DNA of 64,000 nt, taken from positions 156,023 to 220,022 of the forward strand of contig NIVC01000511.1 in assembly GCA_002269645.1 (NCBI GenBank), in the 5' to 3' direction. The position numbers and the translations under genes were made by a program. Positions 1-11,807 of the stretch are shown here, piece after piece. The DNA comes from Macrostomum lignano. Taxonomy: Eukaryota. Position 1 is the stretch's first letter. Each line of letters begins with the position of its first letter. The notes under the pieces are model-generated. The model was given only the letters and a program-made list of their open reading frames with translations, made no database searches and was not told the DNA's origin.

Positions 1-293
1 GGAATTGCTGAGATGTCGAGGCTTACTGGGGGAATTGCTGAGATATCGAGGCTTACTGGGGGAATTGCTGAGATATCGAGGCTTACTGGGGGAATTGCTG
101 AGATATCGAGGCTTACTGGGGGAATTGCTGAGATGTCGAGGCTTACTGGGGGAATTGCTGAGATATCGAGGCTTACTGGGGGAATTGCTGAGACGTCGAG
201 GCTTACTGGGGGAATTGCTGAGATGTCGAGGCTTACTGAGGGAATTGCTGAGATGTCGAGGCTTACTGGGAGAATTGCTGAGATATCGAGGCT
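1..293. repeat. 30-bp minisatellite (GGAATTGCTGAGATATCGAGGCTTACTGGG)n, about 10 units, cut by window start
   Basis: Unit repeats directly with point variants only; explains ORFs 5..295 and 13..333. Confidence 0.95.
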
Positions 294-1784
294 GAGAGGT
301 CAGAATCTACGAGCTACATGTAGTCATTCCTAAAATTTTATCCCACTCTTTGAACAATTTTACTCGAAAAGGTGATTTTTAAAACGGAAATAGGAATGCT
401 TTACAGAAAATGTGCTCTCATTTTAAAGGATTCTTATAAATAATTTTTGTCTCTCGCTTATTGGGCGCCCTGAAAGGGGGGCACTAGATTGCTAGTAAAT
501 CATCTAAACCTGCTTGAAGGCTCATTCAACATAAATCATTCTGGTGCTATGCAGGCCCAAAAATGCAGCGATTCAACAGAGCCCAGCTCACGCCCGATGT
601 AGCTACTGAGGTCGTCCACTAAATCGACGTGATTCTCTTTGCCATGCTCGCCCCTGATGGCCGGGGTGACCGCGGCCGACTGTCGCGGCGTTGTAATGTT
701 GAGCAGCAGCTGGGTAAGCAGAAGCGAGCCGTGGTAGCTGCACACGGTCTTGCCAGCGATCAGCTGACAAATCGGCTTGGGAGTTGGCTCCATCCGACTG
801 GTACTTCAAAGCAGCAAGAGAGTTAGTTAGTGGCTCATGAAGGGCAATCTGCTGGAACAGACGATGACGCTATAGGCAAAAAGAAATCAGAATTGCTAGA
901 TCAGAGACAGGATGAAGGGCAGAGACAGAATTAAGTAATGGTTTCGCTAGGATTGGATTGGGAAGGCCAAGGTACGAAAGGGCTCTAGCAACAATTGCGC
1001 CTCTTCCCGACACGAAACCCAGGCCTACAGCTGCCTCCATCAACCCGCCCTCCCGCGAGCAGGGATTGGTGCTGCAGAGTTTCCGCAATTTTAGTCATGC
1101 TGAAGCGTCGCATCGATGCTTCCTTTTTGCTTGGCGATTCTTTCGCAAAGCAGCATACAGCAGTCGCATATGCGCAGCGCGTACAGTGTTGTGTCAACTC
1201 GCGCCAATCCTTCTAAAAGAAGGCAGGAAAATTCCCCCGAAAAGTCTGCAACCCCCGCCTTGGACACGCCTCTCGATTCATCTTGGCCTCGGGTGTTGCG
1301 CTGTCCAGTCTGCCGCCGACTGCGGAAAGGTTAAACACGGCCGGCTGGCCAGTCTGGGTCCGAGTGGATGACGCGGCTGCCCAAATCCGCATAGATCAAG
1401 ATCGACAGTGAAATGTCGCTTTCGTACGCTTTAGAAGCTCCGGAATGCCAGACGATGCCAATCCCGATTTAACTTCAGAATGTATACCAATTCACCGACA
1501 CTAATAGATGCAGGATTCTTTAATAATGGGACTAAAAATGGGAACAAAAAATACGCCGCCTTCCAGTCCTAGAGTGTTTACGCAGCTAGGCCGACCCACT
1601 TTCTTGACCGAATGCGGCGGTACTAGCAAGAAGGAACTTGTGAGTCACTGCAGCTTCCAATGTCGAAAACTATTGGCTAGGTCTCCAAAGTGTCCCTAAA
1701 CTGCAGATGGGCATGGAAGCTGCACATCAAGTGCGTTCAAGAACGACAGGCACATAGAAAGGAACTTCAGAAACTGCAACCAGG

Positions 1785-2437
1785 CCTCTAGGTACCTGCA
1801 TAATCTATTCTGAAACTTCAGCAGGTCTCTAGGTGCCTGAATCATCTATATTCAGAAACTGCAGGTCTCTAGGTACCTGCATCATCTATTCAGAAACTTC
1901 AGCAGGTCTCTAGGTGCCTGAATCATCTATATTCAGAAACTGAAGCAGGTCTATAGGTGCCTGAATCATCTATATTCAGAAACTGAAGCAGGTCTATAGG
2001 TGCCTGAATCATCTATATTCAGAAACTGCAGCAGGTCTCTAGGTGCCTGAATCATCTATATTCAGAAACTGAAGCAGGTCTATAGGTGCCTGAATCATCT
2101 ATATTCAGAAACTGAAGCAGGTCTATAGGTGCCTGAATCATCTATATTCAGAAACTGCAGCAGGTCTCTAGGTGCCTGAATCATCTATATTCAGAAACTG
2201 CAGCAGGTCTCTAGGTGCCTGAATCATCTATATTCAGAAACTGCAGCAGGTCTCTAGGTGCTTGAATCATCTATATTCAGAAACTGCAGGTCTCTAGGTA
2301 CCTGCATCATCTATTCAGAAACTGCAGCAGGTCTCTAGGTACCTGCATCATCTATTCAGAAACTGCAGCAGGTCTCTAGGTACCTGCATCATCTATTCAG
2401 AAACTGCAGCAGGTCTCTAGGTACCTGCATCATCTAG
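1785..2437. repeat. 36-42 bp minisatellite, core CAGGTCTCTAGGT(G/A)CCTG(A/C)ATCATCTAT(AT)TCAGAAACTG
   Basis: Direct tandem copies with two subtypes, downstream of ceramidase copy A. Confidence 0.9.
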
Positions 2438-3362
2438 GAGTAGGAGTAAGAGTAAATACCTGCCGAAGTTTTTCTTGTGCCTTCATCATTATTCTCATAA
2501 CTACCCAGAATCTTACTTAAGATTAGCTACAGCTAATAAGTTCGAGACAAGAAGCCAAGTGGCACTTAGCCTACAGATATGCATGGAACCAGTTGCAGAT
2601 AAAGCCAAAATGCTGTATTCCAAATTGAGGGCTCTCGTTCAAGCACGCATCTAGCTAGTTACCTAGAGTCGTAGGTACTCTACAATGGTACATTTTTAGA
2701 CGCATGGGACCTACATCACATCAAGCAAACGCGGGGTTCATATCCATACATATAAGTTTGCTTTCAGACAAACCCTAATAAAGTAGTTTATCAGCAGAAA
2801 TAAAAACGGTAGGTGAATTGAGAGACTTACAGGCGGATTTCTGGTTACTTTGTATGTCTGGAGTGCACGTTAATATTTATGAATACTTTGCTAGCTACGC
2901 TTGGGAAAGCCAACTGGAATTGGTTCAGCTTTCCTAAATAAAAGGTAGGTAGCCAAGGTTAGCCCGATTAGTATGTTACCCTTTTTTAGAACTCAAATAA
3001 AACTGCATAAGACTAACGAACTTTTTTGTTAACGAAAATCATTTCTCACGTAAAGTTTATTTTAAATAATAAATTTGGCGCAAAAGAATAATTTTCGACA
3101 ATTTGTTCAAAATCTAATTATAGATTCTGCCGGTTTCCTGTTTATTCTCTCCGAACTTTTTACCAAATTAAAATGAAAATTGAAGCGCGAGTTCGGAAAA
3201 ATATTAGGCCAGTAAACAACCGGAAGGCATTCGGGATAAATTTATCTGATGAAATTATATTGTAACGGATCGCTTGCATACTATTGGAAAGTGCTTCGAA
3301 CTTTGATTTATTGAGATAGCGTCCCGTAAGGCAGCTTGCGCCATTATAGAAGAGGCAAGGGG

Positions 3363-6346
3363 CTACCAGGGCGCGCACGGGTCCTTGCAGGTCTGGCGGT
3401 AGCTGTGGTACTCTCCCGTGTCCACCCGCATCAGAGCCGTGTAAGTTGTGAGCTTGTTGAGCACAGGAATCGAGCTCAGCACATTGAAGATCTCCTTGAA
3501 CCCCATGCTAGCCTGACCCTTGGCCATCATGCACTTGTTGCCGGGGGTTCGCCTGTCGTCAAGCACAAACGGTGGCTTCCAGTGATCGTAGTTGGTCTGC
3601 AGCAGGTACCAGGTGTGGTTGGCGGCCGCCGAGCGCTCCCACACGTCGATGGCGGCATCTCGGGACCGGGTGATGATGCAGCCCTTTTTATGGAGTGTGA
3701 TGGGGCAGCTCATGCAGAGCACAGTAGTATTGCTTGTGTCAGCCAAGTTAACAGTTAAGGCATAGACATAGGCGGAAAAAAGACAAGCAAGTTGATAATT
3801 CGGCCATAGACATCAGCACAAATCTGTTTTAAATTTGCAAAGGGATTCACTTGCATAAGCTGCTAAAGGTGCTTCCGTATTTCATCATCAGCTTTGTTAG
3901 TTCTCAACTTGGGCATGCAAAACGGAATGGTCCACTGGAGTTCTATGGCCAAGCGTTTGAATTAACTAGAGAAAGAAAGCCATATACATATAAAGAACGG
4001 TTTGAGCTTTTCACAGAGACAACAGGATGCTTTCATTTTCTATCGGTTAATCGATTTAAGCTCTAATGGGTCCAGAAATTTCAGTACGCGATCGACAGCG
4101 TATCGTCACCGCCTTGCACTACGTGGGCTGTTGATGAAGGGTATCAGTGCTTTTAAGAGTATCCAATTATTCTGTTCAACGCATTCGGTCAACATTGAAA
4201 CAAGCCGGCAGGTTTGGAAGCTGCCACTTAGCAGACTGATCATCTGGACCCTAACGGAAACAGGGTTTTTTATGGATGGCACAAATTTCCACCGTAGGGT
4301 ACGAAGATCCCAGAGAACCATTGGAACAGAACTTCAGCAAGAATCTTGAGGGAGTGACACATGCACAGTGGGGATTCATGTTACTCGAGCGAGAGGCTGC
4401 TGACAAGTGCGCTGGCTGGGAGTTGCGCTGCAACAGATTGTTTGAACCGTGTTTGCAGCGACATCTGTTTAAAAAGTTGACCTTTCGTAAATTTTGATGC
4501 TTTCGATTTGTGACTTAAAATATGCTTTATTGAATGCCAGTTTCTATTTTTTCTGTAAATAAAACTCAAACTGTTCCTCTTCTATTCTGTCTCATCGTTC
4601 CATATTGCGTGACAAATTGAGTTATCATGGCTTACTTTCTCGAGTTAATTCAAACGCTTGGCCATAGTAGAACTCTAATGGGCCATTCCGTGTTGCATGC
4701 CCACTGTTCCACATGGCGCGACAAAAGTTATACCAACCAAATTGCCCATGGAGCTTTGCTGTCAAATGTAATAGCTTGCGAGATATATCGTTGCCATTGA
4801 CAACCTGTGCGGTACGTTTATCATTCTTTCATAAACTTTCTTATTCAAAAAGACGAATTTAAATAAACGGATTCAGCAGCCTCGAACCCATATCACGATA
4901 CAGGATAGATTGTGGCAACCAGTTAAACAATTAATTTCCAAACCTGCATTGTGCTGTTGCCACCCAAGATGAAGTAGGCCGGTGCCAGCATCTTGGTGCC
5001 CGTCAGCATCTGCTTGGCCTGGGCGTAGCTGTCGGCCGTCTCCATGACGCTGCGAGTCAGAAAGCCCATCCAGACGGCGTCCCTCTTGCCCAGAATCCAT
5101 TCGATAACGCCGATGTAGCCGCCGTCAGCGTTGAATCTCTCGTTCATGGTGAGGCTGAACCTGCCCGGCTTCAGGGCGGTCAGAATGCCAACATAGCCGG
5201 CAAAGTTGGTCGACATGAACACCGTCTGGCCGGACTTCTTGAACCGGATGTTCACAATGGCCGGACGGAGGTACTCGGTGATGAGCCAGGTGCTGTTGGC
5301 GAGGTCCCAGCCGAGGAACAGGCCGAAGTCCAGATTGCGAGCGTGGTAAAGGACTCCCTAATGGTCCGAGTGTTTCAAAATGCACTGAGTGATCATTAAA
5401 ATGTCTGTGAGCACCCAGAATTATATCCTATTTTTAGCATTGGATCTTAGAATGCAAATCATAGTGATTCGCAATAAAATTAGAGATTGGCATTATTTAT
5501 TCCAAGTTTTCATGTGAATTGACCTTAATTCGGCAGTAAAAGATCCTTTTGTGTGAAGCGAACACCAATGAAGTGCATTGTAGAAATTATATATATACTT
5601 GCGTTCAGTGAGAATGAAGCTCAACCTTGTCTCGCCTCGCCTCAGCTCCCCTTTGCCTCCTCGCCTCAGCTTCCTAGCTTGCCTCCTCACCTGCCCCCCT
5701 AGCTGGAGGGAAACCCATTTAAAACATTTGATAAAAGTATCTTTTGAAGCACACATATATTATATGCATATCAACGCTAGTTAACTACAAGTCCCATCAG
5801 AGGTGCTAGCTTGGGAACTTGAAAATTTTGGCACCGATCATGAAAAACTCTAAAACCCCTTCCCCAGAAACTGAAAGCAGAAAGCAGAAATGTGCTCACT
5901 TTCTGATCCTCAGCCACGATAGAAGTGCACACGGTGAAGATCTCGTAGAAGATGTTGTAGAGAGTGACCTCGCCCAGCGGAATGCCGGTCATATTGGCGA
6001 TGCCGACAATCTCGTCGCGGAAAGGCTGCGGCAGAGTGTGCGCCAGCGGCGTCAGGTCTTTGTCCACCAGATTGATGAGCAGTTCGGAGCCGGTCATGTT
6101 GCGCACGAAGATCCTGAACTGGGCGATGAGGGCGCGCAGCTGGGGCCCGCGGTGGGCCACCACGTTGCGCCAGCGGGTGAGGGGAGCCTCGTCAAGGTCG
6201 ACATCAACCCAATCGATCTCGGAATCGGCAGGCGGCGGGTAGGCGTCCGACCGGCACTGAGTCGGAATCTGAGCCTGGCTGTTCGCTGCCAGACAAGCCA
6301 GCAGCAGCAGCAGCAGCAGTGGCGTGAGGCGGCTTTGACAAGTCAT
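3363..6346 (-). CDS. ASAH1: Acid ceramidase (N-acylsphingosine amidohydrolase), copy A, 393 aa; exons 6346-5900, 5357-4944, 3683-3363
   Basis: Signal peptide ([12 protein letters not shown]), autocleavage/nucleophile motif [31 protein letters not shown] and DDRR motifs of the Ntn-hydrolase acid ceramidase family. All introns GT-AG, phase 0; length close to human ASAH1 (395 aa). Confidence 0.95.
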
Positions 6347-7240
6347 GGCTGCGAAACTCTGAGATAGAAACAGTACGCCAAACCTAAGTTTGCACCCGGG
6401 CTCTCTGGTGGGTTGGGTCAGTTTTATGCCACAACTATAACAGACAAGTTCGCTATACTGGCTGCGGCCACTTACCTGATAAAGCTAGAGAGATAAAACC
6501 AACTGCACCAGGCACGCACACGGTAAGAGAGAAAAAGTCACTTTGAAATATGACGCAAATTGCAGTTGATAAGGCATTATTATGGACCCTATATATGAAC
6601 TATTCTAACATAAATAAACTTATGATTGGCAAGGCCCATAGGCTGCTTTCATCTCTGCCAGGTGATGCTATCACTCTCGATAATGAGCGCGTACGCCTAA
6701 CTAAAACAGATGATAATCCGTCCATGAAGCACGAACTTTCACATCTGACCGTCGTACACAAAGTATGGACTGATTATTTAGACCAATTGATGTACAAAGT
6801 GTACATCTAGGTTTTCAAAGTAAGCTGCATGAAAGCACATGACACGCCTGTCAGCCACCGCGTCTGTTTTAGAGGTCACAAAACTGTGTTCCGGAGCATA
6901 TGCACTATTGGAAATGAGCAATTGCTCTCTTCTTGCTCAAATTTCACCGACGTTGTTCTTATTAAACAGGTTTTTGAGAGCATTGTAAGACAAGCAAAGT
7001 CAATGAGAAATCTGGTGCGAATTCGAACATTTTAGCACCGTTCTAATATCCATGTAAATTATTTTACTTGTAAGAACATAATGAACTTAAAAATACCTCG
7101 TTCATTTGATAAAAATTAGAGTAGAGTTTAGTATAGGTTTACTTGGTACACGTAAACTTGTTTTAGCGTCTTAATTAGTAGTAGTAGCTCGTCTGAAGTG
7201 CCATCAAATTGCACTACTGATGTACTTCTCTACGATGGAT

Positions 7241-7476
7241 TTCTCCAGGCGAGTGTTCAGCGACCACAATGAAGTTCGAGAAGCTGCATTGCAATGGGCA
7301 AGAGGCCTTGACGAAGATTGCTTGAAAAGAGAGGTTCAGCGACTCGTTGACCATTGCCAAGCTGTAATCAACGCAAGGGGAGATTACATTACCAACTAGT
7401 GCTGTTATCGTGTTTTCTGATAGTTCTGACTGGTTTTTTTAAATACAATCTCACGACTTTCCGGACAGCCGATGTA
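7241..7476 (+). mobile_element. Mariner transposase 3' remnant with probable right TIR
   Basis: Translates RRVFSDHNEVREAALQWARGLDEDCLKREVQRLVDHCQAVINARGDYITN*, matching the mariner C-terminal helix and the WxxCIxxxGdY pattern; followed by ...CGACTTTCCGGACAGCCGATGTA ending in TA. Confidence 0.7.
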
Positions 7477-8753
7477 CAAAGTGACGAAAAAATGCGCAAC
7501 AGGCCGTTTGTCTGCCTTGATGTCTAAGCGTATCAGGGCCATTGGTTAACTGTGAATCATGCGAATTTATGTATGCAATTAACACAGCACTTGTGTAAAA
7601 CTGTGATGAAATGTTGATTATACTTTTAAAACTTCATTTAAGTCCCAAAGGGGTGCCAAGTGTGCTAGTCATCACAATATACTAAATATGCCAACTATAC
7701 TAAATACGGTCTACTTATTACTGTTACCTGTACCTGCACACTTCCAGTATGAGAACTGGGAACTAAGCTTTTTGGGTGGAAGCGGGTTCGTTTCCCGACG
7801 CGGTAGCCAGACAAGTCCCTAAATGGCGCCAGATTAATAAGCTAGACCAAGACCACTAGACTATGGATACTGGCCTCTAAATCCTCTAAAACGGTTCAAA
7901 TGAAAAAGGCAAAAATCAAACGTTTCAGATAGGGTGTATTGCACATCCGTCAGTAAAGCAGCTACTCATATGAGCTCTACTCAACTGCCGACTGGCGCAG
8001 CGCCACTGTAAAAAAGGCAAACCAAATTTAATTGCCTCCTCTATGCTCACTAATTAATAAATTTCAGTAATCAAACAGAAACATGACAGATACTCGATGC
8101 TTGAGTAGAATTAGGTAAATCAAAGGCGTGTACTATTTTAGCCAGGTTATTAGCGAGCACTTGCACTTCAAAGACGGCAGGTAGGTGGGCGGGGAAAATA
8201 AAACAAAAAAAACGACTAGAAATTGAAAGTGATAAAATAGCAACACTAAAAAGGACTGAAAAAAATACTGCTGAATAGTCGAATAGAAAAGGACTGTAAA
8301 AAAATTGATGCAAATAGATGCCTTACTGTGAGAGGTGAGGAGAATAAAATAAATTTAGCACAGCAAGTACTAACTATACTACTACTGTCCACTGTCACTT
8401 CAAAAAGTAAGTAGAAAGCCATGCAGCAGGGTGTATCTAATTATCATCAAGCAAAAAATTTCGAGTGTGCACTCGTATCTGGGACAATGGGAGTACTCGG
8501 AAAGCTTTTGAGAAGGCATGCAATGCGTAGTAGCGCAATGTACTCGATATGCTTCACTCTGTCTTGGTTTTTAGTGTTGGAAAATATTTGACAAGCAAGA
8601 AATAAAGTATCGCTTTCAATACAAGAAATCAACTGTATAGAAGAGTCCAAATAAAGGTAAGCCCCTTATCCGTAGGTGCACAACTGCATGCCAACCAGTT
8701 AATTCTATCCTTTCATTCTGCAATAGATTTGTCAATAAATCAACCAACAGGTT

Positions 8754-9882
8754 TCACTTGTCGCCGGAGGCTCCGGCGGCCTTCAGCCGATCGCGGATGC
8801 AGTCCTCGGCCACTTCACTGATATCGTTGGCCTGAATCTCCACCACGCCGCGCAGCTTGTGCTTGATGGCGTCCTGAAAATTATAATCATGCGATTGTTA
8901 AGCTTCGTTTGAAAAAATATACCATAGCAACCCACATTGACTTACCACTTGGATTGTTCTACGATACTTTGCTTCAATCTAAATAGCGTAATATTTCCTA
9001 ATATACTTGCTACCGGGCCTAATGACCATAGATACAAGGACCAATTGCGATAGCAACCATGACTAATCACCATAGCAACCATGACGAATCACCATAGCAA
9101 CCATGACGAATCACCATAGCAACCATGACGAATCACCATAGCAACCATGACCAATCACCATAGCAACCATGACCGATCACTAAGCTAAATCAATTATTGA
9201 AGTGAGTGGTTGGCTGTACGTACTTGTACGGGGCAGTGATAGCGCTGGACCAAGTGAGCGAGGGAGAGAGAGAGGGAGGCAGATGTACACTGCCCCACAG
9301 CAACCATTACCAATTACGATAACAGCAACGACCAATTACCAAAGCAATCATGACGAACCACCATAGCAACCATCACTAATCACCATAGCAACCACGACCA
9401 ATCACCATAGCAACCATGACGAACCACCATAGCAACCATCACTAATCACCATAGCAACCACGACCAATCACCATAGCAACCAACCGGATCAATTTATTAA
9501 GAACAAAACTGATATTTGCTAAGCATAAGTGTTTTCAAGTATAAATCAAGAAGCTTAAGAGCTTAGCACTACAAACCTTGGATGAGGCGTAGATCATTTT
9601 GCAGCGAATTTTGCACACATCCGGTGCCCAGTGAATAAACAGCAGCTTCTCCCGCTTGCCGCCATCCTCCAGCGTGTAGGCGTAATCGTAAATAATGTAG
9701 CGACAATCGTTTCTAGGCAAGGAATCAACGAAATCTTCGTAGCTGCTCTCCTCAACAATGCGCTCCGTGGTGATGGTGGAATCGTTGACTATGTGAAAAA
9801 CAATGTAGCGATACCTGTGCCCGATCTTGATGGCTTTGAAGTGCTCTTCAACCTGAGGATCAACTGATACACCGGATGCCAT
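8754..9882 (-). CDS. CFL: Actin-depolymerising factor / cofilin, 141 aa; exons 9882-9577, 8873-8754
   Basis: MASGVSV N-terminus, DCRYIIYDY, KLLFIHWAPD, KMIYASSKDAIK and EIQAND motifs of ADF-H cofilins; phase-0 GT-AG intron. Confidence 0.95.
9050..9484. repeat. 22-bp minisatellite (CCATAGCAACCATGACGAATCA)n in two blocks (about 9050-9180 and 9340-9484) inside the cofilin intron
   Basis: About a dozen copies of CCATAGCAAC at roughly 22-bp spacing within each block. Confidence 0.9.
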
Positions 9883-10149
9883 GCCTACTTTTTATCGATG
9901 CTTTCGTTAGTCAGGAAATTTCAGTTCAGTGGATTCTTTGAAGTTTCTAATTGTCCCCTGACAACGGGCTCTACGTTGGCATAAAATTTTAGTTTTTAAT
10001 CATCTGTAATAAGTTATTTATATAGATATCCTATGATTGATTCTTTGAAGATTTCCTACAATTTCTTTCTTTCTCTAATCTGTAACTTTGTGTTCTTAAA
10101 TCAAGAACATTAGTATCCTAATTCTTTTAAGGTTAAATTGAAGCATTTA

Positions 10150-10504
10150 TTAATAGAGACAGGGGCTGTTTGCATTTAAGCGACATTGTCACACAACCGG
10201 CGAGAGGCATTACTGCCCATTCCGCCGACTCCCCTGAGCAGGCACACAAGCGCGCGGATACGTACGCAGTCATACGCACAGGCACACACTCACACAGGAG
10301 TGTACAGCGGCCCTAACTTTATTTATCGTTAGGCATGTACACTTCACTGTGCCATGGGGGTTGACCCTCAAGGGCGTTAATTGCACGAGCAGAGCCAAGC
10401 CGAGATTCCAATTTAGCCCCAAATTAATGTGACTGCACTGGGAATCGAGCCTGGGCCGCTGGCACACCAGAGCGCCGCGCTGGACCACTGGGCTACGGCC
10501 GCCC
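10150..10504 (-). mobile_element. tRNA-derived SINE (head 10504-10431)
   Basis: Minus strand GGGCGGCCGTAGCCCAGTGG...GGCTCGATTCCCAG has Pol III A-box and near-consensus B-box, but acceptor and T stems are degenerate. About 280 bp of body follows and ends in an AT-rich tail. Confidence 0.65.
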
Positions 10505-10904
10505 TAAGTTGAAAAATGAAAAATATTTTTTTATCTAACAACAAAATTGACATTCGAAATTCAGATGCGTAAAGTCCTATTTAGGACATTCATTAAGCTA
10601 ATTACCTAATTGTTACGATGAGTTTAACCAAGAATAAGATACTAATTTAAGAAAAAAGGAACAAGTCAAACAAAGCCAATGCGGTCAAACTGGAAAAAAA
10701 CACAAATCGCTTCGACTCTTTCAAGAGCCCACCGACACGAAGGAAATGCGTCATCCACAGTATTAAACGGTAGGTGGGAAATGAATGAATGCCTCAGCTT
10801 GTTTTTGTGCAGCATAGTATAAAATTTATTTTGCCTAATAAAAACCGCACTTCGCCAATATCCCAATCCCAATTCTTTCACAATGGCCGACCAAGGGACC
10901 ACCT

Positions 10905-11690
10905 CCATTTCTTCAGTGAGGGGGAATGGCTGACCAATTAAAGGACCCATCCATGGCTTCAGTGAGGGGGAATGGCTGACCAATTAAAGAACCCATCCAT
11001 GGCTTCAGTGAGGGGGAATGACTGACCAATTAAAGGACCCATCCATGGCTTCAGTGAGGGGGAATGGCTGACCAATTAAAGGACCCATCCATGGCTTCAG
11101 TGAGGGGGAATGACTGACCAATTAAAGGACCCATCCATGGCTTCAGTGAGGGGGAATGGCTGACCAATTAAAGGACCCATCCATGGCTTCAGTGAGGGGG
11201 AATGGCTGACCAATTAAAGGACCCATCCATGGCTTCAGTGAGGGGGAATGACTGACCAATTAAAGGACCCATCCATGGCTTCAGTGAGGGGGAATGGCTG
11301 ACCAATTAAAGAACCCATCCATGGCTTCAGTGAGTGGGGAATGGCTGACCAAAGGACCCATCCATGGCTTCAGTGAGTGGGGAATGACTAAAGGACCCAT
11401 CCATGGCTTCAGTGAGTGGGGAATGGCTGACCAAAGGACCCATCCATGGCTTCAGTGAGTGGGGAATGGCTGACCAATTAAAGGACCCATCCATGGCTTC
11501 AGTGAGGGGGAATGGCTGACCAATTAAAGAACCCATCCATGGCTTCAGTGAGTGGGGAATGATTAAAGAACCCATCCATGGCTTCAGTGAGGGGAAATGG
11601 CTGACCAATTAAAGAACCCATCCATGGCTTCAGTGAGTGGGGAATGACCAAAGGACCCATCCATGGCTTCAGTGAGGGGCAAGGAGCCAT
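10905..11690. repeat. 46-bp minisatellite (ATGGCTTCAGTGAGGGGGAATGGCTGACCAATTAAAGGACCCATCC)n between SNRPA1 and cofilin
   Basis: Direct tandem copies, shortened variants toward the right end. Confidence 0.95.
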
Positions 11691-11807
11691 CCATGGAGCA
11701 CCTAATTAAACATGCTGATGAGGCCAATGAATGAAACAATTGACTAATAGAAAAGCAGAGTACAGAACGCGTCACGGCAGACAGAGCAATGCAATAACAA
11801 CAGACAG

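Noticed and set aside
536-1400. Several 65-137 aa ORFs in GC-richer sequence
   Set aside because: No recognisable motif or consistent splice structure; possibly an old TE fragment.
4002-4500. Short ORFs in ceramidase A intron 2
   Set aside because: No family motif; stops interrupt the alternative frames.
6789-7483. 13-bp direct repeat GATGTACAAAGTG around the mariner remnant
   Set aside because: Mariners make TA TSDs, and no element end matches the left copy; may be chance.
10431-10504. Functional tRNA gene
   Set aside because: Acceptor and T stems do not pair and the B-box has a mismatch; treated as a SINE head.
11715-11738. Hammerhead-like CTGATGA...GAAAC
   Set aside because: No stem II between the core motifs and no stem I or III pairing.
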